The position numbers and the translations under genes were made by a program. 64,000 bases of DNA from Pseudobacteriovorax sp. Its GTDB lineage: Bacteria; Bdellovibrionota_B; Oligoflexia; Oligoflexales; Oligoflexaceae. This document shows, piece by piece, positions 59,638 through 64,000 of the stretch. The DNA lies in NCBI GenBank assembly GCA_050293845.1, contig JBNKNM010000013.1, positions 1 through 64,000 of the forward strand. The letters run 5' to 3'. Position 1 is the first letter of the stretch, and every line of letters starts with the position of its first letter. A model generated the notes under the pieces. That model was given only the letters and a program-made list of their open reading frames with translations. It made no database searches and was not told where the DNA came from.

Positions 59638-59885
59638 CAGACTAAGGCATTATGGAAATCAACCTAAAGCCGCTTTGACACTTCCCTTCACTAAGCCTTA
59701 GGCTGTGGTGGAGGATTCTTATCTGGACTTTCCTCCTTGAAATGAAACCTAACAATAGGGCCACATGCCGTCTAGCACCTATGCATTTGCGCTTGCGAAA
59801 AAAAGAGTAAAATCGTTATTGTTGTTAGAAACTGAGAGAATCTTAAAAAATAACTGGGATAATTTTAAAATGGGAGAGTCATGTT

Positions 59886-60974
59886 GTGAGTTACATTAAA
59901 AAAAAAAGGAACAAAACTCCCAAAATTCGCAAAAAATCACTCCCAGGTTCTCGTCCTGGAAGTTTTTCCACAGATAAATATGCAAAGGCCTCGATTCGGT
60001 TAGTACGTTACTCAGAGTCCCATTATCTTGAGAAAGAAGTGGACTCCTTCGAAGCCTTGCAAAAAGACATCCATAGCGAGGAAATGACATGGATTGATAT
60101 TTGTGGACTCAATGACCACCAACTACTACGCCAACTTGCGACAAAATTCGATCTTCATAGCCTTGCTATTGCTGACGTGGTTGATGCCAATCAAAGGGCA
60201 AAAAGCGATATATACACTTCTAACCTCTATGTTGTTCTACGTATGATTTCTGATCCCAATGACCTGATTACTGAACAACTCAGTGTTTTCGTCGGTAAAA
60301 ATTTTGTTATCACAATCCAAGAAAAGCCTGGTGATTGCTTAGAACCTATTCGCGAACGCCTCAGGAACAAAGTAGGCATGATTCGTTCCTCAGCAGCAGG
60401 ATACTTAGCATATGCGATTATGGATGCTGTTGTGGATATCTATTTTCCAGTATTGGAGAAATTTGCGGATCACCTCGACCATATGGAAGAAAAACTTCTG
60501 GAACATCCTGAGTCTATCTCTATAGTAAGTATCCACGACATAAAAAAGGAACTCTTAGTTCTTAAGGGTCTCATCTGGGGGCATCGCGATCTTCTATACT
60601 CCATCGTCAGAGAAACCCCAACTTTTTTTAGCAAAGATTCACTAGTATATATCCGTGATTGTTACGATCATACGATTCAACAATTAGAACTAATCGAAAC
60701 TTATCGCGATGTAGGATCAAACCTCATGGATCTATATTTTTCCAGTGCAGACCGTAAGGCAAATGAGATTATGAAGCTATTAACGGTAGTGGCATCTATT
60801 TTTATTCCCCTAACATTTATTGCCGGTATCTATGGTATGAACTTTAATACGCAAGCTTCCCCCTTGAATATGCCTGAACTGAATTGGTATTTTGGCTATC
60901 CAACCGCTCTTGGACTGATGATTTCAGTTGCTGCTGGTTTACTGATTTACTTTAGGAAGAAGAAGTGGATATAA
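59886..60974 (+). CDS. corA: Magnesium/cobalt transporter CorA
   Basis: WIDI.G, LHSLAI.D, EQLS, N..MK.LT and GIYGMNF...MPEL.W..GYP motifs. Confidence 0.96.
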   Translation: MSYIKKKRNKTPKIRKKSLPGSRPGSFSTDKYAKASIRLVRYSESHYLEKEVDSFEALQKDIHSEEMTWIDICGLNDHQLLRQLATKFDLHSLAIADVVDANQRAKSDIYTSNLYVVLRMISDPNDLITEQLSVFVGKNFVITIQEKPGDCLEPIRERLRNKVGMIRSSAAGYLAYAIMDAVVDIYFPVLEKFADHLDHMEEKLLEHPESISIVSIHDIKKELLVLKGLIWGHRDLLYSIVRETPTFFSKDSLVYIRDCYDHTIQQLELIETYRDVGSNLMDLYFSSADRKANEIMKLLTVVASIFIPLTFIAGIYGMNFNTQASPLNMPELNWYFGYPTALGLMISVAAGLLIYFRKKKWI

Positions 60975-60976
60975 AG

Positions 60977-60998
60977 AAGGCAGGACGTCTCCTGCCTT
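60977..60998. terminator. Hairpin between convergent corA and hsp20
   Basis: AAGGCAGGA-CGTC-TCCTGCCTT. Confidence 0.65.
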
Positions 60999-61003
60999 TG
61001 GTT

Positions 61004-61522
61004 CTAGTGATTAGCTGCTTCTTTATGTTTATCCCCTTTTCCTGTTAGCTTTTGTAAGATTCCTAGCTTACCGCTACCAATTTCGATTTTTCTTCCTTTT
61101 TCAGCCTCTGTTTTTGGAAGAGTTACATATAGAACTCCATCCTCATAACTTGCTTTGATATCCTCGGCAGTGACACCTTGAGGAATTTGAAATGTTCGCC
61201 TAAAAGCTCCTACACGTCTTTCCATCCTTAGGAAATTACTATTTTTTTGCTCCTGCAAATTTTCACGTTTTCCAGATACACTCATGTATCCGTTTGAGAA
61301 TTCGATATCGATATCCGACTTTTTGATTCCAGGAAGATCCATCATTACAAGATATTCATTTTCATTTTCTTCCACATCACATGCAGGTTCCACTCCTAAT
61401 TCCCTATTTTCATAGCGCAACTGGGGCCAATCTTCGAATAAACGATCGAAATCTTTAAACATGGCATTCATTAACGATCGAGGATTACTACGATCATTTT
61501 TCCATAAATTTAATGCGACCAT
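61004..61522 (-). CDS. Hsp20/alpha-crystallin small heat-shock protein
   Basis: PACDV.E, DLPG, ERR.G.F.R.F and A.YEDGVL.V.LPK motifs. ATG 61522 follows AAAGGAGG. Confidence 0.95.
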   Translation of the reverse strand: MVALNLWKNDRSNPRSLMNAMFKDFDRLFEDWPQLRYENRELGVEPACDVEENENEYLVMMDLPGIKKSDIDIEFSNGYMSVSGKRENLQEQKNSNFLRMERRVGAFRRTFQIPQGVTAEDIKASYEDGVLYVTLPKTEAEKGRKIEIGSGKLGILQKLTGKGDKHKEAANH

Positions 61523-61956
61523 AATTCCCTCCTTTCTCATATTTTTGAGAGTTCATCTCTCTTACACTACGAAAATAAGTTCCCTTTTATTACTGTCAAT
61601 AGTCACTTTTCAATTTTTTGAATGAACCCAATATCATTTTTTTGGCTACATAATTTGTTGAGGAGACTTGTTTCCATAGCGATAAACCTGACGATAAGAG
61701 GGGTCACGCTTATCAAGTTTACCTTCAACAAACCTCTCCCAAGTTCCTAACCTTGATACGATTAACTCCCATAGCATGCTTAGAGTCCGCGACGACATAT
61801 TTCTTGTGAACACTCTGCAAAGATATCACATCGCCTTGCTTAATTGGTCGGTTCTGCGCTGTATGATTGAACTCCAGCAGAGGTTTTGCTGGGCCTTTGA
61901 TTCTGGGGGACGTCCTTTGGGAGAGTTCATCTGTACTGTCAAAGTTAAGTTCTCAT

Positions 61957-62007
61957 GGAGCCCCACACAATAGCCGCTTTAGCGGTTTAGTGGCGGGAGG
62001 ACGTCAA
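61957..62007 (+). mobile_element. Orphan IS200/IS605-family right-end-like hairpin
   Basis: GGAGCCCCACAC..AGCCGCT-TT-AGCGGTT..GTGGCGGGAGGACG-TCAA matches the subterminal hairpin plus TCAA terminus style of tnpB elements. No tnpA or tnpB is adjacent. Confidence 0.5.
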
Positions 62008-62263
62008 TACCCAGACACCATAAGCGTTGATGTCAAGTTCTGAGGATTAGGATTAAATATAAGCGAGAAACTAGTTCTCCCTCCAAAACCATTAAATCAC
62101 TGTTAAGACTAGCTAAATTTATATTCTGTTCCCTAAGTGGTCCATTTGTAGCCCGTTGGTGTCATGCATCAATAATCAATCATTGACATAGCCCTAAAAT
62201 TTAATCATGCTGAACAGCAAAAGCAGGATCAACCTGCTCTCTGGGATTACGAGGCATGTATTT

Positions 62264-62998
62264 ATGACTTATGACGAAGAACTTTCTAGCGCTATCCAAG
62301 CATGGATCGAAGAAAAAGAGTCTAGAAATATGTCGATGTTAGCGCGACTCGCTAATGTGAGCTATTCGAGTGTTAGAAGGGCAGTCCAGAAAGAATGTGT
62401 AGCATCTCAGCAGACCTGTGTTCAGATTGCATCCATTGTGATGCCTAAACCTGAATACCTGGAATTTGTGGAAAGATATTGGCCCAACTTAAAGAAATAT
62501 GTCGCGGGGATATCAAATTATTCCCCCAATAAGGATGATGTGCTACAGGCCTTCATGGAATCGGAAGAGCATTTCATGGTTATGACACTGGCATCCTCTG
62601 AAAATGGTACTAATCATGAAGAAGTGAAAAATATCTTCGGTGAAAGGTATCTGCCGATTTTCGAAGAATTGATTCAATCTGCATGCCTTAAGCTAGGCAA
62701 AAATCAAAGATGGAAAATAATTGATAATTTCAGCTCCCCTTCTTTTGAGCTGGCTCGCAAAATGTTATCGGCTTTCCTAAGCCACCATAATAAAGTGATT
62801 GACGAGATCAATGGTGCTACTACATCCTGGGCAGCCTGGGAATCTGTCAAACCGGAAACGGCAAGAGATATTACTGATATTTTAGCAAAATCGTGCGCAG
62901 AAGTGACAAATAAACTTACCGATCCGCAAAACAAGGGAAACGTGCTAGTATGTACTGGTATTTATTCCGGTATTCTTAAAGGAAGGGATGAGTTATGA
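62264..62998 (+). CDS. HTH-containing hypothetical protein (reminiscent of TIGR02147/DUF4423-type proteins)
   Basis: N-terminal NMSMLARLANVSYSSVRRAVQ (XRE-like HTH). ATG 62264 follows GAGG. Confidence 0.6.
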   Translation: MTYDEELSSAIQAWIEEKESRNMSMLARLANVSYSSVRRAVQKECVASQQTCVQIASIVMPKPEYLEFVERYWPNLKKYVAGISNYSPNKDDVLQAFMESEEHFMVMTLASSENGTNHEEVKNIFGERYLPIFEELIQSACLKLGKNQRWKIIDNFSSPSFELARKMLSAFLSHHNKVIDEINGATTSWAAWESVKPETARDITDILAKSCAEVTNKLTDPQNKGNVLVCTGIYSGILKGRDEL

Positions 62999-63267
62999 TG
63001 CGCCTATCTAAGATTTTAATGGCTATGGTTATATTATCCCCTTTAACTGCCCAAAGCGGTGTTGTTGGCGGAAGCAACGGTGGTGGCGGTCGCTTGCAAC
63101 TTACAGCAGAGGAATTAGTAGAGCTTAACGTTATCCTGCAAGAGCAGGAGGTCGTTTATCTTGAAACTGAATTAAGGACTCTTAAGATTTCACAATCGAC
63201 AGATGCCAAGCTTAGAGCCATTGATATTGATTCGCTTGAGACTATAGAGATTGAAGTTCGCAAATAA
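62995..63267 (+). CDS. Small secreted protein with Gly-rich N-terminus
   Basis: Signal peptide then GVVGGSNGGGG. The start overlaps the upstream stop. Confidence 0.6.
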   Translation: MMRLSKILMAMVILSPLTAQSGVVGGSNGGGGRLQLTAEELVELNVILQEQEVVYLETELRTLKISQSTDAKLRAIDIDSLETIEIEVRK

Positions 63268-63512
63268 AATTTCAATTTTTCAGATCCGGAGTAAACATGG
63301 TGGGGTTGTCCAGAATTCAATCCCGCCACAGCGCAACTGGTTAACATGACTATAATCTTAATTAAATTAAAAGCTTACAATTCCCACTAATTGAAGCCAT
63401 GATGATTAGTCATGACCTCTATTCCATTTATAAATAATCCGGTTGCTCCGTGACACTTGCTCAATAACCTAGCTACTAACAATTTTGACTAGCTCTAAAC
63501 CTATTCCCTTAC

Positions 63513-63729
63513 TTATTGAATAGGAATTAGTATCTCAATTTCGCTCTCATCGGATTTTGGATTAAATTTTTCACCGTAAACTTCAAGATCCGGTGCTTGG
63601 CGAAGCTCTTCGCCAGAATTTGGTAGCCAAGTCCCAAATATATAATTCATTGTCTTCTCAAGTCCAACCAATGATCCATGGTGTACAAACTTCGCATAGT
63701 TACCTCCAGGAATCGTTAATTTTTCCATC
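63513..63729 (-). pseudogene. C-terminal fragment of a GyrI-like small-molecule-binding/AraC effector protein
   Basis: IPGGNYAKF.H.G...IF.TWLP.SG...D.E.Y...EI.IP. The N-terminus is missing and abuts the IS end. Confidence 0.78.
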
Positions 63730-64000
63730 TGTGATGGCGATTTAAGCTGCGATTTGAAAATTTGTCACTAAGCCACCGAGCGTTTTAGTTTTTCGTATTA
63801 GCATATTCTCAAAATCCAGAATTTTGCTGTTGGCTAGCACAGCCTGATCAGGAATTTGACCACAAATTCCTTGGTGTGGCCGCATCTTGTTATAGAAGTC
63901 TTGATATAACAGGCAAAGATCTAGCACTTGGAAGCCATCAATCAGACTCACACGGCTTAAGATTTCAGTTTTGAGCGATAAATGAAATCTCTCAATAAAT
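63730..64000 (-). mobile_element. Integrase-core (rve/DDE) transposase, 3' part, and element end
   Basis: The frame is open to the window edge: FIERFHLSLKTEIL...YN..RPHQGI...LGGL....AA (stop at 63742). A putative terminal CA lies 12 nt downstream (TG at 63730 on +). Confidence 0.82.

Noticed and set aside
61683..61721. Hairpin with CTTATCAAG, as a possible SAM-I riboswitch or IS left end
   Set aside because: The remaining SAM-I consensus is absent, and there is not enough evidence to assign an IS left end.
61776..61973. 65-aa ORF as a possible tnpB remnant
   Set aside because: It has no zinc-finger cysteines and no DRD.NAA.N RuvC-III motif.
63298..63328. TGGTGGGG...CCCGCCA, resembling a tRNA 3' end or att site
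   Set aside because: The T-arm does not pair and no cloverleaf forms. It is simply a hairpin after the upstream ORF.
415..63347. Many short ORFs in the track lying antisense to or in alternate frames of long genes (e.g. 8654-9118, 15089-15472, 25805-26338, 53752-54036)
   Set aside because: They are shadows of well-supported genes, with no motifs or RBS of their own.
1..64000. CRISPR arrays, rRNA, tRNA
   Set aside because: No regularly spaced repeats or recognisable RNA gene consensus were seen in the intergenic regions by eye.

Overview
This 64 kb window is gene-dense chromosomal DNA from a flagellated, diderm bacterium. Gene content and protein style suggest Bdellovibrionota/Oligoflexia (inference only). 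From left to right it contains: (1) a partial ECF sigma factor with a near-consensus sigma54 promoter; (2) an envelope, lipid and translation block (murG, TPR lipoprotein, truA, pssA, tsaB, rseP, cdsA, uppS, rsmI, prmC, prfA, rho, rimO); (3) a flagellar operon flgF-G-A-H-I-J-M-N-K-L-csrA-fliW, an orphan ketoacyl synthase, a flagellin and carD; (4) rpsO-pnp-dut, TPR, protease and peptidoglycan-related genes, orn and speE; (5) a peptide ABC transporter lacking ATPases, a CheY-like regulator, ftsY, corA and Hsp20; (6) a mobile-looking right end with an orphan IS200/IS605-like right end and an integrase-core IS that truncates a GyrI-like gene. No rRNA, tRNA or CRISPR array was seen. The most striking unexplained element is a ~170 nt highly structured intergenic RNA candidate after orn (47280-47456). 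It has its own extended -10 promoter, a perfect AAAGGAGGTG Shine-Dalgarno, and a 14-codon ORF (MLDDYTSSMEVVAT) whose first stop codon sits in the loop of an 18-bp hairpin that sequesters a second GGAGGTGG. From memory, unverified, this architecture resembles the myxobacterial Pxr sRNA. All calls come from reading motifs by eye; no searches were run.
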